Source: Macrostomum lignano (taxonomy: Eukaryota). From it: a stretch of DNA of 53,181 bases. The position numbers were made by a program, and so were the translations under genes. Below, in pieces: positions 26,401-38,550 of the stretch. Position 1 is the first letter of the stretch. Every line of letters begins with the position of its first letter. Under the pieces are notes generated by a model. It made no database searches, was not told where the DNA came from, and was given only the letters and a program-made list of their open reading frames with translations. Location: NCBI GenBank assembly GCA_002269645.1, contig NIVC01003068.1, positions 1 to 53,181 of the forward strand, in the 5' to 3' direction.

Positions 26401-27544
26401 CTCAATCTGTGTCTGTCACTCTCCTAGTCTTCAATCTGTGCCTGTCACTCTCCTAGTCCTCAATTTATGCATCTGTACTACTTCCTGGACGGCTGGCCCT
26501 CAGTTTGCCTGTCACTCAGTCCACAATGTCACCCAGCCTGTCACCACTCGCCCATTCATTCGAGTCCCACCGTGCCCCCCCCCAGGCGAATACGTGGACT
26601 TTCGCGATCTCGGCAATCCGCACCTGGCCGCCGTACTGTTGAAGACCTTCCTACGCGAACTAGCCGAGCCGCTGCTCACCTTTGAGCTGTACGAGGCTGT
26701 CATCGAGAATCACGCGCTGCCGGCCAAAACGAAGGTGTCGCACGCCAGGAGCCTGATTAGCCAGCAGCTCCCGGATGACAATTATGACTTGTTAAACTAC
26801 GTTGCTCAGTTCCTGTCTGAGGTGAGATCTATTCTTTTTTATAAATTGGTCAACACTACCTACTATTAGTAGCTGTATTCGCCTGTTGAAAATTCGCAAA
26901 TTTGAAGTTAAGGTCGACAGAGGTCATGTGATCTTTTTGAGATCAAAGGTTTCGAGTTCGAATCTCTAGTTGAATATTCCCAGTTGGAGTCAATTTTTTA
27001 GTTAGAGGCAGGGGCTGCATGTGCACCCTGGCGCACTTTAAGCGACATTGTCGCACAACCGGCGAGAGGCATTGCTGCCCATTCCACCGACTCCCCTGAG
27101 AAGGCGCACACTCATACAAGAGTGTACAAGCGGCCCTAACTTTATTTATCGTTAGGCATGAACACTTCACTGTGCCTTGGGGGTTGGAACTCAAAGGTGT
27201 TAATTGCACGAGCAGAGCCAAGCTAAGATTCCAATTTAGCCACAAATTAAGGTGACTGCACTGGGAATCGAGCCTGGGCCGCAGGATCATCAGAGCGTCT
27301 CTCTAGACCACTGGGCTACATTCCTCTCTCGCAGTTCGATTCATAGAATTTCCCTCAAAACTGTTTGTTTTTCAAGGTGGCCGACAACTCAACCCGGAAC
27401 AAGATGACGGCCCTGAACCTGGGCATCGTGTTCGGCCCCAGCCTGATCTGGTCTCGCCAGCAGGCCTCTTTAACAGTGATGAAGCCAATTAACTGCTTCA
27501 CCCAGCTGCTTATATTGCACTACAATCATATCTTTGTTCGATAA
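16142..27544 (+). CDS. ARHGAP1: BCH/CRAL-TRIO + RhoGAP protein (ARHGAP1/ARHGAP8, p50RhoGAP-like), 9 exons, about 482 aa
   Basis: Exons: 16142-16151, 16240-16401, 20223-20386, 22071-22384, 23521-23622, 24860-25000, 25868-26019, 26586-26821, 27377-27544. All introns are GT-AG, phases are consistent, total 1449 nt ending in TAA. BCH motifs: [18 protein letters not shown] and [21 protein letters not shown] motifs: QFGVSL, EGLFRRS (arginine finger), [40 protein letters not shown]1 and ARHGAP8 cannot be distinguished. Confidence 0.93.
16430..17680. repeat. (TGTC)n-derived satellite in inverted arrangement
   Basis: TGTC/TGTTTTAG units to about 16935, GACA/CTAAAACA units about 16940-17620, then TGTC again. 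Confidence 0.95.
18364..19693. mobile_element. Inverted-repeat (MITE-like) element; about 70-bp imperfect IRs at 18364-18431 and 19621-19693
   Basis: CCAAGGACAACTGTAGTATAGCAGGACGCAAAACTC..TTTTGGAGGCCAATTTCCTAGAA matches the reverse complement of TTCCAGGAAATTGGCCTCCAAAA..GAGTTTTACGTCCTGTTGTACTACAGTGGTCCTTGG. Confidence 0.65.
18440..19450 (-). mobile_element. LTR retrotransposon 5' LTR (about 18511-19450) plus tRNA-Leu primer binding site and short internal stub
   Basis: On the minus strand the LTR starts TGTAGT (19450) and ends TACAACA (18511). One spacer nt follows, then TGGTGGCAGCGGTGGGAT (18509-18492), complementary to the tRNA-Leu 3' end including CCA. A TATA box (CTATAAATA, about 18926-18934) and two about 56-bp U3 direct repeats (about 18974-19030, 19055-19111) are present. 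The 5' boundary is less certain. Confidence 0.75.
19715..19777 (-). mobile_element. tRNA-derived SINE head (Pol III A and B boxes)
   Basis: Minus strand TAGATCAGAGGTA (A box) and GGGTTCGACTC (B box). Confidence 0.5.
20455..22060. repeat. 22-bp minisatellite (TCACTCCTGACACCATCCATCA) with a CCTGCGTGTTATCACCCTGAC variant
   Basis: Fills ARHGAP intron 3. Confidence 0.97.
22415..23452. repeat. 24-bp minisatellite (CAGTGACAGGCTTAGCAATTCAGT)
   Basis: Fills ARHGAP intron 4. Confidence 0.97.
24370..24650. repeat. Degenerate AT-rich repeat (TTTCTAGGAAAA..GGAAGA)
   Basis: Recurring TTTCTAGGAAAA motif. Confidence 0.75.
25040..25700. repeat. About 30-bp minisatellite (TGTCCGACTGTGTCCGAGTCTGGGTGTGTCCT)
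   Basis: ARHGAP intron 6. Confidence 0.95.
26100..26480. repeat. Degenerate about 29-bp minisatellite (TGTCTGTCACTCTCCTAGTTCTCAATT)
   Basis: ARHGAP intron 7. Confidence 0.85.
27255..27322 (-). mobile_element. tRNA-derived SINE head (Pol III A and B boxes)
   Basis: Minus strand TAGCCCAGTGGTCTAGAG (A box) and GGCTCGATTCCC (B box). No intact cloverleaf; extent of the body not determined. Confidence 0.55.
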
Positions 27545-27864
27545 ACAAAACGCACAGTTGCATTGGGTTGCGAATCTCTGCTGATATTTTGTTTCTGGTG
27601 TCAGATACGTCTGGTATTACGTTAAAAATGTCTCAATTCGATAATAGCTAGCTAGCTACTAAATTCGATAATGGTTTAAGTAGGTTAAAAAGAGTATAGT
27701 CATTATTATTTATGTTGTCCAGAATTTTTTGAGTGCTTATAAAAATAGAATTGTCTGAAAATTTTGATTCAGTAGTACAGTACGAGTTTTTTGCTATTTT
27801 GATATAAATCTGTTTTACTCGGTTGTTGGGTAAGGGGTAAGTATTAAAAAGTGCAATTAGAACA

Positions 27865-28238
27865 CGACTGCTCACTGACGCTATTTGACTGCTCACGATT
27901 CAGGTTACAGTTAAGGTTTAGGAATTAGCCTTTAGACTAGTGTTTAGGGTGGTTTTAGGTTTAGGTTTGATTTTGGTTTAGATTAGGGTTATATTTTAAG
28001 TAAGAGTTGGACCTTAGGTTAGGGGTTTAGATTGGGATTATTGGGTTATGGTTTAGTAATTATTAAGGTTTAGAATAGCGTTTTAGGTTAGTTTTAGTTT
28101 TAGGTTAGGTTTTAGGTTAGGTTTGTTTAGGGTTAGAGTTTCGTTTAGGGTTACAGTTTAGGTTAGGGTAGTTTAGGGTTGGAGTTTAGGTTAGGGTTAG
28201 GTTCGGCAGTCCATTAGTAGCACTCAATCGTCGCAGAC
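27865..28238. mobile_element. TIR-bounded element with degenerate (TTAGGG)-like core, copy 2
   Basis: The left flank TTTGACTGC..ACGAT and right flank TCGGCAGTCCATTAGTAGCA..GTCGCAGACC resemble the flanks of copy 1. Confidence 0.55.
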
Positions 28239-29227
28239 CGGACACAATGCCCCATACATGATGATTGTCATCAAGCGCTGTTAGTGCTGTATCTGTCCTT
28301 ATCTACTAATGCACGCAACTTGTTTTAATCTGTCTGTCTTTCTCTGTGCGATGCATATATTGATATAAAATTGATTATTATTGATCCACTATTGAAATGG
28401 TTCTGTGTGTTTTATTTATTGCTTCATCGCTTTAATATCTCTTTTTGTTTTAATTTTCCACGCTGACGCGTGCAAACATTCCTCAGCTAATTTTACTAGT
28501 TATATACGCCTAGTGTACTACTGTCTTTTTCTAGTAGTATCAGCTGGAGTAGTTTATTTAATAAAAAAATCAATTTGAAATTCTGCTTTATCTCCCCCTC
28601 TTGGCTGTTTTTAATAATTGTTGTTTCTTTTGTTTATCTTCTTTGTCTTTGTTAACGCAAATCTGCATATGGGAAGGGGCATTTTAGAAGCCAGTATGAG
28701 ATTGCAGATATTTGAATTTTTAGATGTATTTTATTTTAGGATCTATTACTGTAAGTAGGATATTATAAAGTAATACAATGGCTGTGCTGTTGAGTATTGT
28801 AAGTCTTTGTTGTATTGAAGAGAATTTGTTTTCTTTTCAACTTTGCTCTCTCGATAAACATCAAATATTTATTGTTTGGAATTTGTAAATCTATAATAAT
28901 CAGACGGTTATTCGTCTCATTTCTTTTGTTCGCCGCAATATCTCAATTTCATATATTCGTACACAATATATTTACTTGCCGTTTCTGAGATAAACAATTC
29001 ATCAGCGAATTGCTAATAAAGTGTGATGCTGGGACAGTGCGGTCTATTGGTGATATTGTTATATAAATAAATTGTATTCATTATATAATTAGAGGCTGTG
29101 TTATTGAAGCCTGCTGGAATGTTTTAAAGATTTTGGTGTTCTACTTTGTTGATTTTTTACTCGCTAATGAAATTTGGCGGGTGAGATTTCCAGTTGTTGG
29201 GGCAGGGCTCGCTGGTGAGATTTTAAA

Positions 29228-31940
29228 TAGGGTGAGATTCCACTGATGAGAGTTCCAATGAGTTGAGATTCCACTGATGAGAGTTCCAATGAGTTGAGAT
29301 TCCACTGATGAGAGTTCCAATGAGTTGAGATTCCACTGATGAGAGTTCCAATAGGGTGAGATTCCACTGATGAGAGTTCCAATGAGTTGAGATTCCACTG
29401 ATGAGAGTTCCAATGAGTTGAGATTCCACTGATGAGAGTTTCAATGAGGTGAGATTCCACTGATGAGAGTTTCAATGAGGTGAGATTCCACTGATGAGAG
29501 TTTCAATGAGTTGAGATTCCACTGATGAGAGTTTCAATGAGGTGAGATTCCACTGATGAGAGTTTCAATGAGGTGAGATTCCACTGATGAGAGTTCTAAT
29601 AGGGTGAGATTCCACTGATGAGAGTTCTAATAGGGTGAGATTCCACTGATGAGACTTCTAATAGGGTGAGATTCCACTGATGAGAGTTCCAATAGGGTGA
29701 GATTCCACTGATGAGAGTTCCAATAGGGTGAGATTCCACTGATGAGAGTTTCAATGAGGTGAGATTCCACTGATGAGAGTTTCAATGAGGTGAGATTCCA
29801 CTGATGAGAGTTTCAATGAGGTGAGATTCCACTGATGAGAGTTTCAATGAGGTGAGATTCCACTGATGAGAGTTCTAATAGGGTGAGATTCCACTGATGA
29901 GAGTTCCAATAGGGTGAGATTCCACTGATGAGAGTTCTAATAGGGTGAGATTCCACTGATGAGAGTTCTAATAGGGTGAGATTTCACTGATGAGAGTTCC
30001 AATAGGGTGAGATTCCACTGATGAGAGTTCCAATAGGGTGAGATTCCACTGATGAGAGTTTCAATGAGGTGAGACTCCACTGATGAAGGTTCCAATAGGG
30101 TGAGATTCCACTGATGAGAGTTCCAATGAGGTGAGACTCCACTGATGAAGGTTCCAATAGGGTGAGATTCCACTGATGAGAGTTCCAATGAGGTGAGACT
30201 CCACTGATGAAGGTTCCAATAGGGTGAGATTCCACTGATGAGAGTTCCAATGAGGTGAGATTCCACTGATGAGAGTTCCATTAGGGTGAGATTCCACTGA
30301 TGAGAGTTCTAATAGGGTGAGATTTCACTGATGAGAGTTCCAATGAGGTGAGATTCCACTGATGAGAGTTCCAATAGGGTGAGATTCCACTGATGAGAGT
30401 TTCGATAGGGTGAGATTCCACTGATGAGAGTTCCAATAGGGTGAGATTCCAATGAGGTGAGATTACACTGATGAGAGTTTCGATAGGGTGAGATTTCACT
30501 GATGAGAGTTCCAATAGGGTGAGATTCCACTGATGAGAGTTTCGATAGGGTGAGATTCCACTGATGAGAGTTCCAATAGGGTGAGATTCCAATGAGGTGA
30601 GTTCCAATAGGGTGAGATTCCACTGATGAGAGTTCTAATAGGGTGAGATTCCACTGATGAGAGTTCCAATAGGGTGAGATTCCACTGATGAGAGTTCCGA
30701 TAGGGTGAGATTCCACTGATGAGAGTTCTAATAGGGTGAGATTCCACTGATGAGAGTTCTAATAGGGTGAGATTCCACTGATGAGAGTTCTAATAGGGTG
30801 AGATTCCACTGATGAGAGTTCCAATAGGGTGAGATTTCACTGATGAGAGTTCTAATAGGGTGAGATTCCACTGATGAGAGTTCTAATAGGGTGAGATTCC
30901 ACTGATGAGAGTTCTAATAGGGTGAGATTCCACTGATGAGAGTTCCAATAGGGTGAGATTTCACTGATGAGAGTTTCAATGAGGTGAGATTCCACTGATG
31001 AGAGTTCCAATAAGGTGAGACTAGCGCATTAATCCCCCATGGGGGCATTCAAATTCAAAACTCAAACATTGAAAGCATGAAAAAATCGTTTTTTGAGTAT
31101 TTGACCCACTTTCAAATCGATTTTTTCATTGTTCAAAATTTTATATATACTCAGCAACATTGAAAAGTCGCTACTCAATGCGCCAGTGAGCAATTTCTCT
31201 TGGACTATTCTGAAAAAAAGAGGAGAAAACTGATTGGGTAGCTTTAATCCGTCCAACAAAACCCTCGCACACCGCACCCCCTCACTTCATTCCTCAACTC
31301 AAGTTGCGTCAACTCGCAAAGATGGAGAGACTTTACCTGCACTCTCGAAAGTGGCGACCGCAGACAGAATCTTCTGTGATGGCGAATTTTCGATGTTGCT
31401 GAGTATATAAGCACACTACGACACTAAGCCCCTGATGGTAAGCGTTCAAATTAAAAATTTAAACATCGAAAGCATTAAAAACTTTGTTTTTCGAATATTT
31501 GCCACACTTTCAATTGGTATAAATTTTATACCAATTTGCCAAATGAATCTGAATCAATTGGGCCCATTAGCTACTGCCCCCATCTGCAACTGCGCGCAGT
31601 AAAATTCAACCAACCCCACAAATTGCGAGCCCGCCACGCAAAGGGTCATAAAACTCCTTAACTTTATTTTGAATGTACATCCTACACTGTACATTGGACA
31701 AGGAGAGGCCTAAATGGTTGAACCGAGCAATTAAATTTAGAAACAGAGCGCCCATTGAAAGCATTAAAAATAGTTTTACGAATGTTTGACCCACTTCCCA
31801 TTCGAATTTTCATTTTAAAAAAGTTATGCATTATCCCCGAAAAAATTAGGAATTTTTTAAAGCTAATTCAAAAATATCGGCCAGACGGTTCTCCAAAAAA
31901 TCAACGACAGACAGACAGACAGACAGACAGACACACAGGC

Positions 31941-31977
<37 letters not shown>

Positions 31978-31978
31978 C

Positions 31979-32019
<41 letters not shown>

Positions 32020-32400
32020 CACAGACACACAGACAGACAGACAGACACACAGACAGACAGACAGACACACAGACAGACAGACAGACAGACAGACACGCAG
32101 ACAGACAGACAGACAGACAGACACACAGACAGACAGACACACAGACAGACAGACAGACAGACAGACACACAAACAGACGCACAGACAGACAGACAGACAT
32201 ACACACAGACTAGTATATTTACTAGATAGATTTAGTATATTTAGATTCCACTGATGAGAGTTCCAATAGGGTGGGATTCCACTGACAAGTGTTCCTAAGG
32301 AGAGTCCCAGTAGGGTAAGATTACTCAGATGAGAGTCCTAATAGGGTGAGATTCCACTATTGAGAGTTTCAGTAGGGTGAGATTCGAGGAGTTCCAATGG
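29228..32400. repeat. 31-bp minisatellite (TAGGGTGAGATTCCACTGATGAGAGTTCCAA), interrupted by the Helitron at 31021-32245
   Basis: Homogeneous from 29228 to 31020; degenerate tail from 32246 to 32400. Confidence 0.96.
31021..32245 (-). mobile_element. Non-autonomous Helitron (1225 bp) with internal (TGTC)n microsatellite
   Basis: Read on the minus strand it begins 5'-TC (TCTAAATATACTAAATC) and ends CTAG-3'. The palindrome CCCCCATGGGGG (31034-31045) lies 9 nt from the CTAG. It sits between A and T with no TSD; removing it restores the host unit GGTGAGA|TTCCACTG. Three diverged about 70-bp internal repeats lie near 31060, 31445 and 31750. Confidence 0.85.
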
Positions 32401-33029
32401 GATAAGCGGGATTCATTTCAGTTCAAAGGCAATCATTTAAATTTGCCGCTCTAAACGTGTGTTGTTTATTTCCATGAAATCCGGAGTGCTTTCGTTAGCG
32501 AAATTAGTCACCGGGTGCGCGCCGCCTACGGCAATGCTGTTAATCGGCACAAAAATTGGAATTCGTTGTAAATTGAAAGGCAATTTCAATAATTGCAGGC
32601 AAAAAAATGCTCTTAAAATAATTCTATTTTTTAATCTACTTACCTGAGAGAGATGGATAAATTGATTTTGGTACGAACAATGATTGTTATTCATCTTCTG
32701 CTTACCTGTTGCACCGTCATTCAATCTTCATCTCTGCTTTGAAGGATGTCAATGCAGGTAGATAAAAAATCTGCCCCTGAGCCACAAAAAAACCGACTGT
32801 AAAGAAATGAAATGAATAAAATTGCATGTGACAGGCAGACTGCATGAGTCGCCTTGAGTACAGCTTGAATCTTTGGTCTTTGATCTTCTAAGTTCCATAT
32901 TTCCTTCCCCTGTGAAAACATAATATGTGCTCTGCTCTCTCTGTGATTGCTTCAAGTCCTGCAATAATACGGATATTGTACAACATCTGCGCTGTGCACC
33001 CTGGAATTGGTGTTGTGTCAGCTTATTAG

Positions 33030-33435
33030 GTAGCCAGGGTGTCTCGCCTTGCTAATTATTATGGAGGCCAGGGAGTCTCGCCTTGCTAGTTATTATGGAG
33101 GCCAGGGAATCTCGCCTTGCTAGTTATTATGGAGGCCAGGGAGTCTCGCCTTGCTAGTTATTATGGAGGCCAGGGAATCTCGCCTTGCTAGTTATTATGG
33201 AGGCCAGGGAGTCTCGCCTTGCTAATTATTATGGAGGCGAGGGAATCTCGCCTTGCTTGCTAATTATTATGGAGGCCAGGGAATCTCGCCTTGCTTGCTA
33301 ATTATTATGGAGGCCAGGGAATCTCGCCTTGCTTGCTAATTATTATGGAGGCCAGGGAATCTCGCCTTGCTTGCTAATTATTATGGAGGCCAGGGAATCT
33401 CGCCTTGCTAGCTATTATGGAGGCCAGGGAATCTC
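33030..33435. repeat. 34-38 bp minisatellite (GGAGGCCAGGGAATCTCGCCTTGCTAGTTATTAT)
   Basis: Directly visible. Confidence 0.95.
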
Positions 33436-33839
33436 ATCGTTTTGAGGTGGCAGCGAGGAAATCTCAGCTTGCCTTGAAAGCGAAAAATTTCTTACTCTGT
33501 ACCCCCGTAGGTGTTTTTAGTTTGTATCAATATCAACAAATAATTTTTATTCATCAGCTTTTTGACGCAGCTGTGTCTCAATTGCTACTTCTGTTCTGAG
33601 ATAAGAGATGCCTTTTACACTTAGCCGGCTTTAATTTGGATTCAATATATTTTCCTCGTCAAAAGAAATAAAGCAGCTGCAACAAGGCATATTTTAAATG
33701 GATTTCCGAGCCGCGTCTCCGCGTGACAGCCTGAATTCAATCGAATAGAATATTCAGCTAGAAATTAGAATTTAAATTCAATTCCATTTGCTATCTTTTG
33801 ATTTGCTGCTGCTATTTCAGGCAGCCCTAGTTAGAGTAT

Positions 33840-34240
33840 TATGGACACAGAGCTTGAGGGGAATGGCTCAGAATATGGCCACAGAGCTTGAGGGGAATGG
33901 CTCAGAATATGAACACAGAGCTTGAGGGGAATGGCTCAGAATATGGCCACAGAGCTTGAGGGGAATGGCTCAGAATATGGCCACAGAGCTTGAGGGGAAT
34001 GGCTCAGAATATGAACACAGAGCTTGAGGGGAATGGCTCAGAATATGGCCACAGAGCTTGAGGGGAATGGCTCAGAATATGGCCACAGAGCTTGAGGGGA
34101 ATGGCTCAGAATATGAACACAGAGCTTGAGGGGAATGGCTCAGAATATGGCCACAGAGCTTGAGGGGAATGGCTCAGAATATGGCCACAGAGCTTGAGGG
34201 GAATGGCTCAGAATATGGTCACAGAGCTTGAGGGAAATTG
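33840..34240. repeat. 34-bp minisatellite (CACAGAGCTTGAGGGGAATGGCTCAGAATATGGC)
   Basis: Directly visible. Confidence 0.96.
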
Positions 34241-34759
34241 CTTGAGGGGAAGTGCAGTTGCCGGGGCAAAAATGCGGGAACAGATCCCCATATGGGTTAT
34301 ATTAAAATATGGTCTCAGCTGGGACCTCCCAAACTGTTAATAAAAAATTCAAACCATCAAGTCACAGCCGCCGCCCTTTGGCACAAATTTTTAGGGCCGA
34401 TACTTTTCTTCTCCAAAACATCGGTTCCGCCTTCGAGTTGCTCAAACCGTTTTGTCGAAAATGAAGGCGATATTGCAGATTCTGAGGCTGGGGGGGCGCA
34501 TATTAGATGGGGAAATATGGGCTGCAATTCCCCCTGCTGATTGATGCAGGGCTTGTGAAACCAGCCTGAGGGCTCGCTTTATAGCCAAGTTATATTGCAT
34601 GAGGTGCTGGTTCGCGAAACTGAAGCGGTTCTATCAGCTAGTTTACTAATGTACTTTAAGCTAAGTTATTGATTTGATTATTGCAGGTACTTGCTTGACT
34701 TCTTACATCAGGATTTTAATTAAGTTCTTACGTGTTTGACTACCTGGGTATTAAAAAAT

Positions 34760-37700
34760 GTGAGTAGCTGAGTGGTGTATTGCCTGAGTAGCTGAGTCGT
34801 ATGGTGCCTGAGTAGCTGAGTGGTATAGTGCCTGAGTAGCTGAGTGGTGTATTGCCTGAGTAGCTGAGTCGTATGGTGCCTGAGTAGCTGAGTGGTATAG
34901 TGCCTGAGTAGCTGAGTTGTATGGTGCCTGAGTAGCTGAGTGGTATAGTGCCTGAGTAGCTGAGTGGTGTATTGCCTGAGTAGCTGAGTGGTATGGTGCC
35001 TGAGTAGCTGAGTGGTGTATTGCCTGAGTAGCTGAATGGTATGGTGCCTGAGTAGCTGAGTGGTATAGTGCCTGAGTAGCTGAATGGTATAGTGCCTGAG
35101 TAGCTGAGTGGTATAGTGCCTGAGTAGCTGATTGGTATGGTGCCTGAGTAGCTGAGTGGTAAGGTGCCTGAGTAGCTGAGTGGTAAGGTGCCTGAGTAGC
35201 TGATTGGTATGGTGCCTGAGTAGCTGAGTGGTAAGGTGCCTGAGTAGCTGAGTGGTAAGGTGCCTGAGTAGCTGAGTGGCATGGTGCCTGAGTATCTTAG
35301 TGGTAAGGTGCCTGAGTAGCTGAGTGGCATGGTGCCTGAGTATCTGAGTGGTAAGGTGCCTGAGTAGCTGAGTGGTATAGTGCCTGAGTAGCTGAGTGGT
35401 ATAGTGCCTGAGTAGCTGATTGGTATAGTGCCTGAGTAGCTGAATGGTATAGTGCCTGAGTAGCTGAATGGTATAGTGCCTGAGTAGCTGAGTGGTATAG
35501 TGCCTGAGTAGCTGAATGGTATAGTGCCTGAGTAGCTGATTGGTATAGTGCCTGAGTAGCTGAGTGGTATAGTGCCTGAGTAGCTGATTGGTATAGTGCC
35601 TGAGTAGCTGAATGGTATAGTGCCTGAGTAGCTGAATGGTATAGTGCCTGAGTAGCTGAGTGGTATAGTGCCTGAGTAGCTGAATGGTATAGTGCCTGAG
35701 TAGCTGATTGGTATAGTGCCTGAGTAGCTGAGTGGTATAGTTCCTGAGTAGCTGAGTGGTATAGTGCCTGAGTAGCTGATTGGTATGGTGCCTGAGTAGC
35801 TGAGTGGTATAGTGCCTGAGTAGCTGAGTGGTAAGGTGCCTGAGTAGCTGAGTGGCATGGTGCCTGAGTATCTGAGTGGTAAGGTGCCTGAGTAGCTGAG
35901 TGGCATGGTGCCTGAGTATCTGAGTGGTAAGGTGCCTGAGTAGCTGAGTGGTATAGTGCCTGAGTAGCTGAGTGGTATAGTGCCTGAGTAGCTGATTGGT
36001 ATAGTGCCTGAGTAGCTGAATGGTATAGTGCCTGAGTAGCTGAATGGTATAGTGCCTGAGTAGCTGAGTGGTATAGTGCCTGAGTAGCTGAATGGTATAG
36101 TGCCTGAGTAGCTGAGTGGTATAGTGCCTGAGTAGCTGATTGGTATAGTGCCTGAGTAGCTGAATGGTATAGTGCCTGAGTAGCTGAGTGGTATAGTGCC
36201 TGAGTAGCTGAGCTATAGTGCCTGAGTAGCTGAGGTATAGTGCCTGAGTAGCTGAGGTATAGTGCCTGAGTAGCTGAGTGGTATAGTGCCTGAGTAGCTG
36301 AATGGTATAGTGCCTGAGTAGCTGATTGGTATAGTGCCTGAGTAGCTGATTGGTATAGTGCCTGAGTAGCTGAATGGTATAGTGCCTGAGTAGCTGAGTG
36401 GTATAGTGCCTGAGTAGCTGATTGGTATAGTGCCTGAGTAGCTGAGCTATAGTGCCTGAGTAGCTGAGGTATAGTGCCTGAGTAGCTGAGGTATAGTGCC
36501 TGAGTAGCTGAGTGGTATAGTGCCTGAGTAGCTGAGTGGTGTATTGCCTGAGTAGCTGATTGGTATAGTGCCTGAGTAGCTGAGGTATAGTGCCTGAGTA
36601 GCTGAATGGTATAGTGCCTGAGTAGCTGAGTGGTATAGTGCCTGAGTAGCTGATTGGTATAGTGCCTGAGTAGCTGAGTGGTATAGTGCCTGAGTAGCTG
36701 AGTGGTATAGTGCCTGAGTAGCTGATTGGTATAGTGCCTGAGTAGCTGAATGGTATAGTGCCTGAGTAGCTGAATGGTATAGTGCCTGAGTAGCTGAGTG
36801 GTATAGTGCCTGAGTAGCTGAGTGGTATAGTGCCTGAGTAGCTGATTGGTATAGTGCCTGAGTAGCTGAGTGGTATAGTGCCTGAGTAGCTGAGTGGTAT
36901 AGTGCCTGAGTAGCTGAGTGGTATAGTGCCTGAGTAGCTGATTGGTATAGTGCCTGAGTAGCTGATTGGTATAGTGCCTGAGTAGCTGAATGGTATAGTG
37001 CCTGAGTAGCTGAGTGGTATAGTGCCTGAGTAGCTGAATGGTATAGTGCCTGAGTAGCTGATTGGTATAGTGCCTGAGTAGCTGAATGGTATAGTGCCTG
37101 AGTAGCTGAGTGGTATAGTGCCTGAGTAGCTGAATGGTATAGTGCCTGAGTAGCTGAGTGGTATAGTGCCTGAGTAGCTGATTGGTATAGTGCCTGAGTA
37201 GCTGAATGGTATAGTGCCTGAGTAGTTGAGTGGTATAGTGCCTGAGTAGCTGAGCTATAGTGCCTGAGTAGCTGAGGTATAGTGCCTGAGTAGCTGAGGT
37301 ATAGTGCCTGAGTAGCTGAGTGGTATAGTGCCTGAGTAGCTGAATGGTATAGTGCCTGAGTAGCTGAATGGTATAGTGCCTGAGTAGCTGAATGGTATAG
37401 TGCCTGAGTAGCTGAGTGGTATAGTGCCTGAGTAGCTGAGTGGTATAGTGCCTGAGTAGCTGATTGGTATAGTGCCTGAGTAGCTGAGTGGTATAGTGCC
37501 TGAGTAGCTGAGTGGTATAGTGCCTGAGTAGCTGAGTGGTATAGTGCCTGAGTAGCTGAGTGGTATAGTGCCTGAGTAGCTGATTGGTATAGTGCCTGAG
37601 TAGCTGAGTGGTATAGTGCCTGAGTAGCTGAGTGGTATAGTGCCTGAGTAGCTGAGTGGTATAGTGCCTGAGTAGCTGATTGGTATAGTGCCTGAGTAGC

Positions 37701-38550
37701 TGATTGGTATAGTGCCTGAGTAGCTGAATGGTATAGTGCCTGAGTAGCTGAGTGGTATAGTGCCTGAGTAGCTGAATGGTATAGTGCCTGAGTAGCTGAT
37801 TGGTATAGTGCCTGAGTAGCTGAATGGTATAGTGCCTGAGTAGCTGAGTGGTATAGTGCCTGAGTAGCTGAATGGTATAGTGCCTGAGTAGCTGAGTGGT
37901 ATAGTGCCTGAGTAGCTGATTGGTATAGTGCCTGAGTAGCTGAATGGTATAGTGCCTGAGTAGCTGAGTGGTATAGTGCCTGAGTAGCTGAGCTATAGTG
38001 CCTGAGTAGCTGAGGTATAGTGCCTGAGTAGCTGAGGTATAGTGCCTGAGTAGCTGAGGTATAGTGCCTGAGTAGCTGAGTGGTATAGTGCCTGAGTAGC
38101 TGAGTGGTGTATTGCCTGAGTAGCTGATTGGTATAGTGCCTGAGTAGCTGAGGTATAGTGCCTGAGTAGCTGAATGGTATAGTGCCTGAGTAGCTGAGTG
38201 GTATAGTGCCTGAGTAGCTGATTGGTATAGTGCCTGAGTAGCTGAGTGGTATAGTGCCTGAGTAGCTGAGTGGTATAGTGCCTGAGTAGCTGATTGGTAT
38301 AGTGCCTGAGTAGCTGAATGGTATAGTGCCTGAGTAGCTGAATGGTATAGTGCCTGAGTAGCTGAGTGGTATAGTGCCTGAGTAGCTGAGTGGTATAGTG
38401 CCTGAGTAGCTGAGTGGTATAGTGCCTGAGTAGCTGAGTGGTATAGTGCCTGAGTAGCTGAGTGGTATAGTGCCTGAGTAGCTGATTGGTATAGTGCCTG
38501 AGTAGCTGATTGGTATAGTGCCTGAGTAGCTGAGGTATAGTGCCTGAGTA
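34760..38550. repeat. About 3.8-kb 24-bp satellite (TGAGTAGCTGAGTGGTATAGTGCC)
   Basis: The longest array in the window; variant and shortened units are interspersed. Confidence 0.99.

Noticed and set aside
32600-32965. Minus-strand cluster of splice-like signals (CAG|GTAAGT, CAG|GTAAGC, TTGCAG, TTACAG)
   Set aside because: Candidate exons contain stops in every frame tested and no recognisable protein; could be UTR or non-coding exons but this is unsupported.
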